A stretch of DNA of 63,899 nt, the filler included, from Octopus bimaculoides (lineage: Eukaryota), in assembly GCF_001194135.2 (NCBI RefSeq). It is 7 parts of 5 records of this genome, joined end to end, with 100 filler letters (N's around TTAATTAATTAA, not from the genome) between each part and the next. Parts side by side here need not be neighbours in the genome. Positions count along the whole stretch, not along the records: positions 1 to 17,022 come from NC_068982.1; positions 17,123 to 28,415 come from NC_068982.1; 5 more parts are not named here. One strand, written 5' to 3'. Below the pieces are notes generated by a model. It was not told the origin of the DNA and did no database searches. It worked only from the letters and a program-made list of their open reading frames with translations. The translations under genes were made by a program, and so were the position numbers. Positions 11,555 through 23,274 of this stretch are shown here, in pieces. Every line of letters starts with the position of its first letter. The stretch's first letter is position 1.

Positions 11555-12031
11555 GAAGTGGCTGCGTGGTAAGTAGCTTGCTTACCAACCACACGGTTCC
11601 GGGTCCATTCCCACTGTGTGGCACCTTGGGCAAGTGTCTTCTACTATAGCCTCGGGCCGACCAAAGCCTTGTGAGTGGATTTGGTAGACAGAAACTGAAA
11701 GAATCCCGTCGTATATATGTATGTATGTATGTATATGTATGCATGTGTGTGTATATGTTTGTGTGCCTGTGTTTGTGCCCCCCCCCCAACATCGCTTGAC
11801 AACCGATGGTGGTGTGTTTACGTCCCCGTAACTTAGCGGTTCGGCAAAAAGAGACCGATAGAATAAGTACTAGGCTTATAAAGAATAAGTCCTGGGGGTC
11901 GATTTGCTCGACTAAAGGCGGTGCTCCAACATGGCCGCAGTCAAATGACTGAAACAAGTAAAAGAGTAAAAAGACTAAAGGTGGTGCTCCAGCATGGCCG
12001 CAGTCAAATGACTGAAACAAGTGAAAGAGTA
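11555..12031 (+). mobile_element. SINE family A, full length, with duplicated 3' ~60 nt
   Basis: Head, internal (TA/TG)n and tail are all present; the terminal gactaaaggyggtgctcc...gaaacaagt block is repeated. Confidence 0.9.
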
Positions 12032-12214
12032 GTGTTGCTTTATCCACCCACGACTGATGAATAATTGAACTCAGAATTTAAGGAACACCAACAACAGATA
12101 CAACTCAACAGAACACAAGTTAAACAGGAGATATTCTACACAATCACAAGAGTGATTAGATGGGGAGGGGCCTTATGCTATGACTTCATCCACTAGTTAC
12201 ATCCAAGATTGCCA

Positions 12215-12330
12215 AAGATGAGAGAATGAAAGGGAAAGTTGACTGTGGCGGCATTTGAAGCCGGATCGTAAAGAACAGCAAGAGATTCTGCTAAGCATTT
12301 TCCCCAATGCTCCACCGATTCTGCCAGAGA
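12215..12330 (-). mobile_element. SINE family C, degenerate fragment
   Basis: gaatgaaagggaaagttgactgtggcggcatttgaa...ctaagcattt...ttctgccag. Confidence 0.6.
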
Positions 12331-12370
12331 TGCAAGATACCCCAAACTTGATATCCGAAGTTAGTATTTC

Positions 12371-12481
12371 GGTAATTTTTCAGATTAACACCCGCACGAT
12401 TACCTAACCGTAACCCTAATCCTAACACTAAACCCTAAAACCCTAGTGAAAATCGTGCGGGTGTTAATCTGAAAAATTACC
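12371..12481. mobile_element. Merlin-type MITE with telomere-like loop
   Basis: Perfect 31-bp TIRs (12371-12401 / 12451-12481) starting GGTAA, a perfect 8-bp TSD AGTATTTC, and a 49-nt spacer of degenerate TAACCC units. Confidence 0.8.
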
Positions 12482-14283
12482 AGTATTTCTAGCAACAGGA
12501 TTTTAAAAGTAAACTGCAGTGACTAATTTAAATAAAAATAAATATGAAATGTGAAGTTGGATGGGGTTCGAAATAGAGAATTTATATTCAACAGCACGTT
12601 GATTTAACAAGACGATTTACCCTAATACAATTAAAAAATTTCACATTCCAACAATATTCTCGTATTTACGACTAGCTGGATTACCATTCGGTCAATTAGT
12701 AAAACTTGACTGCATTGTCTGCTACATATTCCAGGAAGATGGAATAAAAATTGTAAACCATATTTTATTTGATATAGTAAGGGAATATTTCGGGAAAAAA
12801 TATTTTCAAGGAATGGGTTACATGGCAAATCAAAATACCCATGCAACACTAACAAGGCCTCAAATTAAGGCGGGGGCACAGTCGAATATACAGCTCTTAG
12901 CCTCGTTAGAAAGAGGATTTCTTTAATCAAGATAAGCTCGCACATCTTGTAAAGATGAATCAACACTAAACCCCCTGGAAAACTTACGAATATAGATTAT
13001 CTTTGAAGAATATATTAAATATATACTAGCGTTGGGCACCGTAACACTGCAGTAGGTTTTATCTTTTTCTAAACAGCGATAGATGACGGCTCCAATGACA
13101 CAGTTAAAGTACATTTTCAAATACAATTTCAAAACAAAATTACAACATACAAATTATTATTGACTGTCTTGGCCTCTTAAAACCATCAGGATTCATAAAA
13201 ATATATACGGTTAATTATTCTCCATAAGCAATTAGTCATCATGTCTGATGTGGATTTGTAAAAGGCAAAATATTAAAAAATTGTTGGAGCTTAATATTTA
13301 AATGAAAGTGACAATTAAGAAAGTAATTAGAAATAGTTATATTTTTCTGGTAAATAACTAAATATCTACAGTATTTCTAAACGGATATCATAATTTATTT
13401 CGTTTCTATTGCTTAAGACTGAAGTAGACAAAAGAAAGAAAAGATTAATTTATGAATAAAATCTATATAAAAGATAAAATGATTCATTAAATCCTATTAA
13501 AAATACATCTGCAGGATTAGTAAAAATAAAAAATAAAGAATATTCAAGTTGAAATAAATCACAAAAAGGATAGAGAAACCATTTATGGAGATGAGATTTA
13601 AAAACTGGGGTTGAAAGTAGGGATAAAGAAAGAAAAAAAAAGCCATTTTTCAATAAAGTCCATATATAATATTTTAAAATCTATCACTGATTATATCTCT
13701 ACCTAAAACTAAATAAAGGAAGTTGGAAATTCAGTGCAAAATTCGCACGATTATTATTAAATACATTGCAATGAATTATACAATAGAAATTACCAGAATC
13801 CATGTGACAACCCATTTATTGTTCGAGTAATATATAAAATATTATTAACATCTTTCATTTCTTAAGCTATTTAGAATGTTTTAATGCAATACTTTTAATA
13901 AAAAATTTAACACGGGATGGAATTCCCATAAAAGGTTTCCCTGTCTACAACTGATTTTCGTACATTAAAAAAAAGATACTAGGAGAAGCACATGTTACAC
14001 GAAATCTAATTTTGTCTACAACGAAGCTTCTAGATGACAATGCAGAATACGAGTGGAAATCTATTTATTTCACGATAGTATACTATAAAACGAATGTATT
14101 TTTGCAATACGATGATAAAACATTCGAATTAAATTAATAACAGCATCTGTAAGCATAAAAGCTGCATAGGATGAAAACGATTACAAAATCTCTTACCATA
14201 ATTGCAAATTATCTCTTTATTGCCGGCTTTGTCGGTAGAGTGAGCAAAATGGATTCGGTAGTAACAACGGGAGAGTATTCATA

Positions 14284-14345
14284 CCATTTTCCGGTGCAAC
14301 TACTTCCGCTGTACAAATCACCATGACAACGTTTAGTTCGCCAGC
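14284..14345 (-). promoter_or_regulatory. Putative CCT7 5'UTR/core promoter motifs
   Basis: Minus strand gttgtcatggtgat...gCGGAAGTagttgcaCCGGAAaATG. It has two ETS-like CGGAA motifs, a YY1-like AAAATGG over the start codon and an imperfect RFX X-box-like GTTGTCATGGTGAT. Confidence 0.5.
14285..14287 (-). CDS. CCT7: CCT7 coding exon 1 (ATG only)
   Basis: Minus strand reads ccggaaaATG|GTATGA, i.e. an A-rich Kozak context and a GT donor. Phase 0 matches exon 2 (CAA ACT CCA), and the site lies in a CpG/ETS-motif-rich patch. Choosing this ATG over other ATG-GT sites in the 3.8 kb upstream of exon 2 is inference. Confidence 0.7.
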
Positions 14346-14398
14346 AATTATGAAATTCAATTCGGATGTGGTTTTTGTGACAAAAAGATTCGCGAGAC

Positions 14399-14437
<39 letters not shown>

Positions 14438-14559
14438 CACAAACACATAAACATAAGAGTTTCAGATAAAAAAATCAAAACAATAAATAATTGTGACATC
14501 AACCCAACAAAATTCCTGAACATTTTAGAGAAATTAGTTCTGTTTGCGTAAAGATTGAA

Positions 14560-15070
14560 GTATAATTTAATTACAAAGAAAGGGAAAGGTAGAGTTTAAG
14601 TAGCAGAATATGGAGTGGAGGGAGTACACCGTGGAACAAATGGCAGGTTTGGTCACGCCCTGCGGACAAGACTGCAATGGAGTTACCACGGATTATGGAC
14701 AGTGACACTCGCTGCAACAGCCATCTCACCCCATGGGGCTTATTCCTCAGACCGGCCGCAATTATCTCGCTTTTACTGAAGAAATCGGTAGTGCAGGGTC
14801 GGAGAACAACCTGTGGTCTCGATGGGGACCGGCACAAAATAATAGCGGCCGGTCAGGCACCTGTATTTATTTATTTTACTCTCCTCTGCTGACGGCGACG
14901 ATATCTGGGTTTGCGGCCGATGCAGCGAGGTTGGAGCTGCAGAACATATAGCTGCACATCGCGCCCCAGTTTAGAGATCTGCCTCCTTTGTAGCAAAAGT
15001 GGGTTATTTTCTTGGAGCGCTTACCGTCCCTGCGTCAAAGAAAATTAAAGGGAAAAAGTTGACTTCCCTC
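14560..15070 (-). mobile_element. CRE-clade non-LTR retrotransposon 3' fragment (restriction-like endonuclease)
   Basis: Joined frames give DGKR...GGRSLNW...SNLAASAANP...EESKINKYRCLTGRYYFVPVPIETTG...WLLQRVSLSIIRGNSIAVL, matching the CRE C-terminal pattern (RPDG...FVPxAxETxG...QRxSxAIxRGN). Confidence 0.75.
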
Positions 15071-15199
15071 AAACTAGGACTCTGATGTGATATAGGTCAC
15101 TTCACCTACAAGTATTTCTCAGATTTCACACTAGCATCTTTAAAATGATGTTGGTCGGGGACAACGGACAAGAATGGCGAATTGGCAGAATTGTTGTAT

Positions 15200-15345
15200 T
15201 GTTTTGGCTATTTTCCGTTCTAAGTATAAGTGTCATCAAGGTCCAACATTACCTTTTGGTCTGTCTGATCGATAAAAGACGGTAGTGGTGTTTGAAGGAG
15301 ATTTGGCTATTATTTCTAGCAGATCGAGCGACTTACGGCTAGACT
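15200..15345 (+). repeat. Interspersed repeat family D fragment
   Basis: gacggtagtggtgtttgaaggagatttggctattatttctagcagatcgagcgac; related pieces lie near 20570-20920 (+), 21210-21410 (-) and 54250-54310. Confidence 0.5.
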
Positions 15346-15844
15346 CCTACTTGTAATTATGTACAAAGGTTAGTAGCATGATAGTTGTAGCGTGTTGATG
15401 ATAGCATAACACTGTACTGAAAGCAGCGGATGCGCTGTACATTCACGGAGGAAGAAGAAGGAAAAAAATCATTACATTTATTAGAACAGTGTTCTCTTCA
15501 GAGGATGATTATTTTTCTTCCACTTCCAATTAACAAAGTGAATTGTGAATCTTTCACACTTGTTCGTCTACAGTAGTGTTTCTTAGTATTTTTTTTTTTT
15601 TTGTAGCATCTCTTTTAAGTATTGTTATGTATAGCGCCCACTTAAGTGGTGAGTACGTCATCACGATTAAACTAACTTAACATGGATGATAATTTATAAA
15701 TTTTACTCTAAAAATGTATTGTATAAGCTTTTTTACAGTGAAATGATAAAAAAAATCACTGAAGACAAGTTGTTTACTTTAAAAATTACAAGTTAATGAC
15801 TTCTCTGTACTTGATGAGATCTAGCTAAATTTATCCAGGATGCA

Positions 15845-16042
15845 CTATCTTTTACTCTTTTACTTGTTACAGTCATTTGACTGCGGCCATGCTGGAGCAC
15901 CGCCTCTAGTCGAGACAATCGACCCTAGGACTTATTCTTTGTAAGCCTAGTACTTATTCTATCGGTCTCTTTTTGTCGAATCGCTAAGTTACGGGGACGT
16001 AAACACACCAGCATCGGTTGTCAAGCGATGGTGGAGGGACAA

Positions 16043-16089
<47 letters not shown>

Positions 16090-16265
16090 TATATACGACG
16101 GGCTTCTTTCAGTTTCCGTCTACCAAATCCACTCACAAGGCTTTGGTCGGCCCGAGGCTATAGTAGAAGACTATAAAAAGAGATACTTGCTGCAGGTGTC
16201 ACACAGTGGGAATGAACCGAGAGCCATATGGTTGAGAAGTGACCTCCTTAGCACACAGCCATGGT
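15845..16265 (-). mobile_element. SINE family A
   Basis: Reverse complement of the 11555 copy. Confidence 0.9.
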
Positions 16266-16465
16266 CACACTGAATAAAAAAACATAAACAACCGGTCATT
16301 TCTGTGGTCGATTTAATCAGCTCACCTTTCCTAAACTGGTGTAATGAGAACAAATTATTTTTATTCAGACTGAAAACAGCTCACACTTCGACTGCCTCTG
16401 TTGTGGCTAACACTGGGATGATGGTCATTCTACCCAGTTTAGTTCAGTTCCAGAAAACAGTTCTT

Positions 16466-16590
16466 ATTAGGGACAGCTAAGATACTTAGGAGGGTTCTTG
16501 GCATCTAAAGCTATTTGTTGTAGCCCGATGTTAGGAGTTTTTCTTTTCCAACAGTCTAATCTATTGTGTATATATCTTCTTTTATTACCT
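16466..16590 (+). mobile_element. R4/Dong-clade LINE extreme 3' end
   Basis: Encodes LLGTAKILRRVLGI* plus a 3'UTR matching 29270-29380. Confidence 0.75.
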
Positions 16591-16775
16591 CCGCCAAGGA
16601 AGAAGGTTATGTTTTCATCGGTGTTGGTTTGTCTGTCTGTCGTCTGTGTGCAAAATAACTCAAAAAGTTGTGAACGTTTTTTGATGAAACTTGCAGGGAA
16701 GGTTGGTAATGACACAAGGAACAGATGATAAAATTTTCGTAGTGATCCGGGAATTTTCTTTGATTCTTGAAGGAT
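16585..16775 (+). mobile_element. Helentron-associated non-autonomous element (HINE-like) 5' part
   Basis: ttacctccgccaagga..ggttatgttttcatcggtgttggtttgtctgtctgt...aactcaaaaagtt...ttttgatgaaactt is a typical HINE 5' layout with a GTCT microsatellite. Confidence 0.6.
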
Positions 16776-16839
16776 TTTTCATTTGCTATATCTACTTTAC
16801 ATGGTTATGTTCTTTGATTATCTCCCCTGTTCTTTTATT

Positions 16840-16935
16840 CTTTTATTTGTTTTAGTCATTTGGCTGTGACCATGCAGGAGCACCGCCTTTAGTCGTGTAA
16901 ATCGACCCCAGGACTTATTCTTTGTAAGCCTAGTA
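16840..16935 (-). mobile_element. SINE family A 3' fragment
   Basis: tagtcatttggctgtgaccatgcaggagcaccgcc...cttattctttgtaagcctagtac. Confidence 0.75.
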
Positions 16936-17022
16936 CTTATCCTATCGGTCTCAATTTTTCTTGCAATATGATATACATTTAAAAACACAAAACGAACACC
17001 ATCACCACTCTCTCTCTCTCTC

Positions 17023-17122
17023 NNNNNNNNNNNNNNNNNNNNNNNNNNNNNNNNNNNNNNNNNNNNTTAATTAATTAANNNNNNNNNNNNNNNNNNNNNN
17101 NNNNNNNNNNNNNNNNNNNNNN
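17023..17122. other. Assembly spacer 44N-TTAATTAATTAA-44N
   Basis: The identical 100-nt spacer recurs at 28416-28515, 37760-37859, 51533-51632, 57133-57232 and 62676-62775; it is artificial. Plain N gaps lie at ~4737-5318, 30402-30823, 32825-33065, 52455-52553, 54455-54464 and 60051-60879. Confidence 0.95.
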
Positions 17123-17132
17123 AATATACTTT

Positions 17133-17249
17133 CTAAGTAGTATTTTACCACGTTTAGTAATCCACGTAGGCATGCTTGTACCACTAACGGATTTTCGCGG
17201 ATACGAACACGCCTACGTCGCTTACTAAACCTGGTAAAATACTACTCAG
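17133..17249. repeat. Palindromic MITE-like element
   Basis: About 48-bp imperfect inverted arms (17133-17180 / 17202-17249) around a 21-nt spacer. Confidence 0.75.
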
Positions 17250-17284
17250 GACTTATATTCTGTTTTCAACCTTCGGCCTTCCGG

Positions 17285-18480
17285 CATAAATACATTCAGA
17301 GAGAGGTTCATCGTTTATGGCGTCGGAACTGGCCGACCGTATATTTTGCCGTAACTATCTTGCACGCTTTCCAAGACTGATATCGGCGTCTATATTCGCT
17401 TCAGAACCACAGGTAAGGTCTTTGATGTTAAACACGTTAATGCAAAGTCGAAGATATTCCATGTCCTTGTTCGAGGGCTCCTTTTATGCTGATGATGTAG
17501 TTCTCGTTGCTCACACTGAGGAGGACATGCAGGCTACATTGGATCTCTTCTCTAGAGCTTTTGGACTTACCATCAGTCTAAAGATCATGTTCTCTCTGCC
17601 ACTAGGCCAACCCTATGTGAAACCTAACATCTTTGTCCAGGGTACAAGATTAGATGTGGATGACTCGTTCATCTACCTTGGCAGCACTCTCCCTAGAGAT
17701 GGATCCGCTGATTCTGAAATAAATATGAGAATTGAAAAAGCCAGCAAATCATTTGGAAGGCTTGAAAATCGTGTGTGGTCTGATAGAGGTATCACCTTCA
17801 AAACCAAGCTTAGTATCTATGAATCTTGCATTTTAACGGTCCTTTTGTACTCTTCTAAGACCTGGACGACATATCGGCGCCACATCAATCTTTAGAAAGA
17901 TTCCTTCAGACTTGCCTAAGGAGGATACTAGACATCAAATGGAAGTCTTTAACACCAGACACCGTTGTTCTCCAGCAAGCTAACACATCAAGTATTGAAA
18001 TGATCCTCATATGCAGTCAAATGCGTTGGGTTAGGCACCTCTCTAGGATGCAGGATGACAGGTTGCCAGAGTAATGGTTTTACGGGGAGACATAAACCTA
18101 AGACAAGACATAAAAACGTCGAAGACATAAACCTATGAAACGTGTTAGGGATGCTGTCAAAAGCAACCTTAAAGCTCTTAATGTGAAAGTTGAAAACTGG
18201 GAGCAGATAACGCAAGATCGATCGACTTGGAAACAAATAAATGATCTACAATAGATGTAACGCATTTGAAGCTCGAAGAATTGAACAATCTATCTTGAAA
18301 CGAGCACTTCGTAGACAGGACTTGATTACAATCCCAGACACTTTTCTGCTTAAAAATATTTGTAAGATATGCAGTAGAGTTTATTTGTCGAGAGCAGGAC
18401 TTGCTAGTCATATAAGATCTCATGACAGTATTTATTAATTGAAGAGAAGGTCTTCTTCTGTAAAGAAGTGGCAATCATCA
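17285..18480 (+). mobile_element. RTE (BovB-like) LINE 3' fragment, decayed
   Basis: RT motif LYADD...FGLTISL...YLGS...TKLSIYESCILTVLLYS, then QMRW..H..RMQDDRLP and a C-terminal C2H2-like [21 protein letters not shown]; stops and frameshifts are present. Confidence 0.92.
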
Positions 18481-18631
18481 CACACACGCGCGCGCGTATA
18501 TATATGTATACATATAAATATATACATGCATATGTATATATGTAAATATATATGAGTATATATTTGTTTGCGTATATATGTATATATATCTGTATATATA
18601 TTTGTATATGTGTGTAAATGTATGTATATAC

Positions 18632-18682
<51 letters not shown>

Positions 18683-19254
18683 TATATATATATATGTATA
18701 TACTCACACACACACACACACACATTTATTCACACATCTCTGCGACAGCAGCGAGACTTTCGAGTAGAGACGCAGTGTATGCAGTCAATTAGTGCATATA
18801 AGCAAATGTCTGCAACTACACATACAAATTGTGAAAATAAATATAAGAACACGAATATACTAAGAAAGATATATATACAAGCACTCATAGAGACATATAT
18901 AGGCGCCTAAATACGCGTATGTTCATATATAATCACTCAGAGACGACAGACTAATGACCTAAAATAGTTGATACGCCACCACTCAGGCATATACACACAT
19001 ATTTATATATGTATATATATTTATATATAATGCTAATTTAACTGAAAACTAATTTTTTAATGATTACAGGCATATAGAAAGGAACAATTTTAATGTTTGT
19101 CAAAACAAAATGTGGTCGCCTTCGAATATACGTGCTAATTCGTGCTTCGTTACGGTGTTAGAGCAACGTAGGGAACAGAAGTAATTCTGGTCTTGTTACA
19201 ACCGAACAGGTATACAGATATACGCAAATATATACAGTAGTACATGCACACACT

Positions 19255-19256
<2 letters not shown>

Positions 19257-19348
<92 letters not shown>
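19257..19348. repeat. (CT)n microsatellite
   Basis: Nearly pure run of ~45 units. Confidence 0.95.
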
Positions 19349-19351
<3 letters not shown>

Positions 19352-19802
19352 ACACACACACACACGCACACGTGCGCAGATTGAGTTGATATAAGAGGCA
19401 GAATTTGCTTCCCGATTGTGAGCTCCTGGTTTTAGCTACGTTAGAAACAATAATTCAAAATTATATTATCCCTGTGAGTGAGAAATTAGATTTCATGGTT
19501 ATTCCAGTAATGATGTTAAAATATTTACCAAAGCATAGAATTAACCATTTTCTGCAAATCACGTTGCCTGAACAAACTTCACATGTCTCATAAAAAAAAA
19601 GCTTTAAGCATGATATCCCACAACAAAACAGAGATTGGTATATAAAACTACTTTTTTCCACAGTTTAAGGTATTGAAATTCTTAGTGGATATATCTGATT
19701 TCCTCGGTAAAGGGATAAAATAGCCTTGCATGTATATGCTAGAAATATTTAGGCTAAGCTGACAAGGAATTTGTGTTGTGATTTTCACTCGTAACTCAAA
19801 TG

Positions 19803-19968
19803 CAGGGCCGGCTCAAGGTACCCGTAACTCGAGCAGTCACCCTGGGCGCCATGTGCTAGGGGACGCCAAGGAGGGCCTGACAAAGAGAAGGAAATTTCCA
19901 CGGCCATCAGCTTGTACACGCCGAAGTTCAGCTTGCCCGGGGCGCCAGCCACACTAGGGCTGACCCTG
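19803..19968. mobile_element. hAT MITE (CAGGGCCGGC-type)
   Basis: Termini cagggccggctc / gggctgaccctg, with a perfect 8-bp TSD CTCAAATG (19795-19802, 19969-19976). Confidence 0.85.
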
Positions 19969-20094
19969 CTCAAATGTAATGGATTTTGTCCTTGCTGAGT
20001 GGTCAATGAGATTCATTTGGTGTCATGTACTGGAATTGAATTATGAGATTCACTTTACTGCAATAATTGTGATCATTTGCCTGTGTGAAAGCAC

Positions 20095-20322
20095 GGTTTT
20101 AAAAATACATTGGTCAGAAATTTTGGCACAAGGCCAGCAATTTCGGGAGAAAGGTTAAGTCGATCACATGGACCCCAGTGCTCAACTGGTACTTATTTTA
20201 TCGACTCCGAAAGAAGATAAGCAAAGTCTTCCCCGGTGACTTTTGAACTCAGAACGTAAATCGGTAGAAATACCGCTACACATTTTATCCGCCGTAATAA
20301 CGATCCTGTTCGCTCGCCGCCT
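20095..20322 (-). mobile_element. SINE family C
   Basis: aattttggcacaaggccagcaatttcggg...gaactcagaacgtaaa...ctcgccgcc. Confidence 0.8.
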
Positions 20323-21544
20323 TTGGTTTTGAAAATATACCAAGATCTCTTTGTTTACTACAGAAGTTATCTAAGAGAAAATAACACATTAGAAAACAAT
20401 ACTAACTTATATTTAACATCAATACTAACTTATATTTGTATAATTTGCTCACATTACGCTGCAATGTTGTGAAAATTAGATAACACACATAGTATAGATT
20501 TTAGCAACCGTTCCTGTTGGCGTTAGTGTAGCTTTTGTTGTTTGGTTCCCGCAATCCGGTCTGCCTTGCTTGAGTAGATCTATGATCAAAGACGTTCGAA
20601 CTGTGATCATCTGATCATCACATTTTTTTTTATTATTCAAACATCGTATCAGGACTATATTGACTGTTTATACATATATGACAGGATGACATATGAGGGT
20701 GATTTGGCTGCTAATTCTTGCATCTTGGCTCACCGTGATTGTCGGCTTTGTTTAACCAGACTCCGATTGCCTCTAATCAGAAAGACCTATGATGAAAGGT
20801 TTTCTATCCGTGACTATCCCATATTTTAGTATTTCAGTGACTACATTGAACAATGTCTCTCCCTTCCTTTTGAAGACGTTTGAGTGTAATTTTAAAGAGA
20901 TTTTGATTCAAGCAGAGTTCACCAACTGATTCAAAGTTGTTGGCTGCTTGTTTCGGTGGGATTGGTCAAGTTTTGTTGACACCTCTGAATAGACATTAAT
21001 AAGGGTCGAAAATCGATTAAGGCAGTTCACTTTCGTTTTTCAATCCACGGAGAAATTTGACATGTCGGGATGTCTACTATATACGTTAACATATTCACAA
21101 TGTACTTAATTGTCTGCCTTACTTGTCACAAAATTGTTGTTAACCTTCATAACTTCACTTGCTTCCAGAAAACGATATCGCCTCTAAAGAGAAACAACTG
21201 AGATGAGTCAAATGAGGAAGCCTCTACATTGTCACTCAGCCTATCAAAAGTAGCAGCCAAATGTTAATCCTAACCCTGGTTTCTTTAAAAAAAGAAAGGA
21301 CCCATTGTATAATGGGGTACTGGGTGCACCACCACCAAGTAAATAAAGAGGGTATGGTCACTGCTGGAGTGTCTTTGATCAACCATAGATTTGCTGGGTC
21401 AAGGTCAACTTAGAGCTAAGCAACAATAGCAAGAACAAAAACAACAGCAACAGTAAACATGGTAGAATCTGGTGTATGGAGAGTTGAGAGAAAAATAGTC
21501 AATTAACATCAACAAAAAAGAAGAAAGAAGAGAAAAATGGAAGA

Positions 21545-21725
21545 GCGGTGAAAAAAAAAAAACATGGGTTACTAACAGATACAGAAGGCCTCTGATGGAT
21601 ATGATCATTTTGTCGACCTCAGCGCACAACCGGTTATATAAGTTTATCGGCTCTGGAAGGATGAAAGACAAGATTGGCTTGCAGTGGAATGTGGACACGG
21701 AACGCAAAAGTACGCAAAGGTACTT
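21545..21725 (-). mobile_element. SINE family C, degenerate
   Basis: aagtttatcggctctggaaggatgaaagacaagatt...acggaacgcaaa. Confidence 0.55.
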
Positions 21726-22475
21726 CAAAGGTACACAGCTGAATACTGCAAGAACAAAAGTAAAATCCCGCTGTCAATCTATCGATTCTGGTTAATCTAT
21801 AAAAGCAAGGAGGATGAATAAATATAACGATGACTATTTCACGCTTGATTTACTTGTAATTTATGATGTATGTAGCTGTTCTGGTAGAGTATAGGTTTAA
21901 GTCGGCCTCAAGTCGTTTCATGATCAAAAGAGTTCCAGCTAGGACCATTCTTTCGTTTTCTCTGTCACTGGCGTGTCTAAGAGTACATTAAATAATGTGT
22001 CTCGCCTTTTATGAAGATAGAGCTCTTACGCGGAAGAGGATCAAGCTTGCGCTATCGAGGGATAGAGACAGAGTAAAAATGAGATATAACGCGTGTGTAT
22101 GTATATGAAAATAGGAGAGGGCGGAAGAGGGAGAGGAGAGTGAATTTCGTGCGTGAGCGTATACAAATGTATATGGAAAGCCTTTTTCATTTTTCAAAGT
22201 AAATATTTATTCCAAGAGAAGAACAAAAAAATGTTTGCTATTTTAATAGACCCGAATATGTCAAGATGTTTCGTTTCCTATTTGTTTAATCTTTCATTTG
22301 TTATTGTACTTCCCTCTCAGTAAAGTATGTTGCTTAAGAGAAAAATATTTCAACTTATTCACACACACACACACTTGCACACACATGCTCATGCGCACTA
22401 ACGCACAAAATCTAAACATATATACACACATACACACACACATACATACATCAACACACACAGACACACACTTAT

Positions 22476-22477
<2 letters not shown>

Positions 22478-22540
<63 letters not shown>

Positions 22541-22575
22541 GACAGACAGACAGACAGACAGAGAGATAGAGATAG

Positions 22576-22616
<41 letters not shown>

Positions 22617-22646
22617 CAGACAGACAGACAGACAGACAGACAGACT

Positions 22647-22690
<44 letters not shown>

Positions 22691-22695
22691 TATAT
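22478..22695. repeat. (GATA)n/(GACA)n compound microsatellite
   Basis: Direct reading. Confidence 0.95.
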
Positions 22696-23044
22696 CTTCG
22701 AGGTACTTCAAAATGTTCTAACTTGATATCTTTAGTAGAACATTCTAGATGTACTTTCACTTACAAGGAAAAACAGGAGTTTTCATTGAACATACATATG
22801 CTCGCTTTCTACCTATTGTACGAATCGGCTGTTAGTATTCAATACATCGTGGCCGAGAGCAATTAGTATAAATCTTTACGTGAGTCTGTCTCTTTCTACA
22901 ATGAATAGTCGTAGAAGCATTTAGAACCATGAGCTAAATATATACATATTCTTTTGCAGAGGTCCCTTCTTTCATATATAGGTGTTTAGTCTTCGATAAT
23001 ACTGTGGTCAGGCAAGTTATCAATGAGGTTCGTATACAGTTATT

Positions 23045-23045
23045 T

Positions 23046-23126
<81 letters not shown>

Positions 23127-23235
23127 CTTTCTATCGCTCTCGCGCTCTCTCTCTCACACACACTCACACATGCAACACATACTCGCACATTCACACACGC
23201 GCGCGCGCATACACACACATGCATATGTTCCTATA

Positions 23236-23272
<37 letters not shown>
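23045..23272. repeat. (CT)n/(CTAT)n/(CA)n/(GT)n compound microsatellite
   Basis: Direct reading. Confidence 0.9.

Positions 23273-23274
<2 letters not shown>

Noticed and set aside
12681-12687. Alternative CCT7 start ATG|GTAATC (and similar sites at ~11355)
   Set aside because: Weaker donor and context, and no promoter-like motifs, compared with 14285-14287.
13184-13245. ATGATGA...CTGA C/D-box snoRNA candidate (minus strand)
   Set aside because: No terminal stem, too short, and the guide is AT-only with no recognisable rRNA complement.
17067-17078. TTAATTAATTAA islands inside N runs (six occurrences)
   Set aside because: Always centred in 44N+12+44N; an artificial all-frame-stop scaffold spacer, not biology.
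18435-18910. ORFs rich in YI/CV/HT/LS/RE dipeptides here and throughout the window
   Set aside because: They are translations of dinucleotide and tetranucleotide microsatellites.
20930-21190. Possible Helitron helicase-like FGGIG peptide
   Set aside because: Only a short motif resemblance with no supporting neighbouring motifs.
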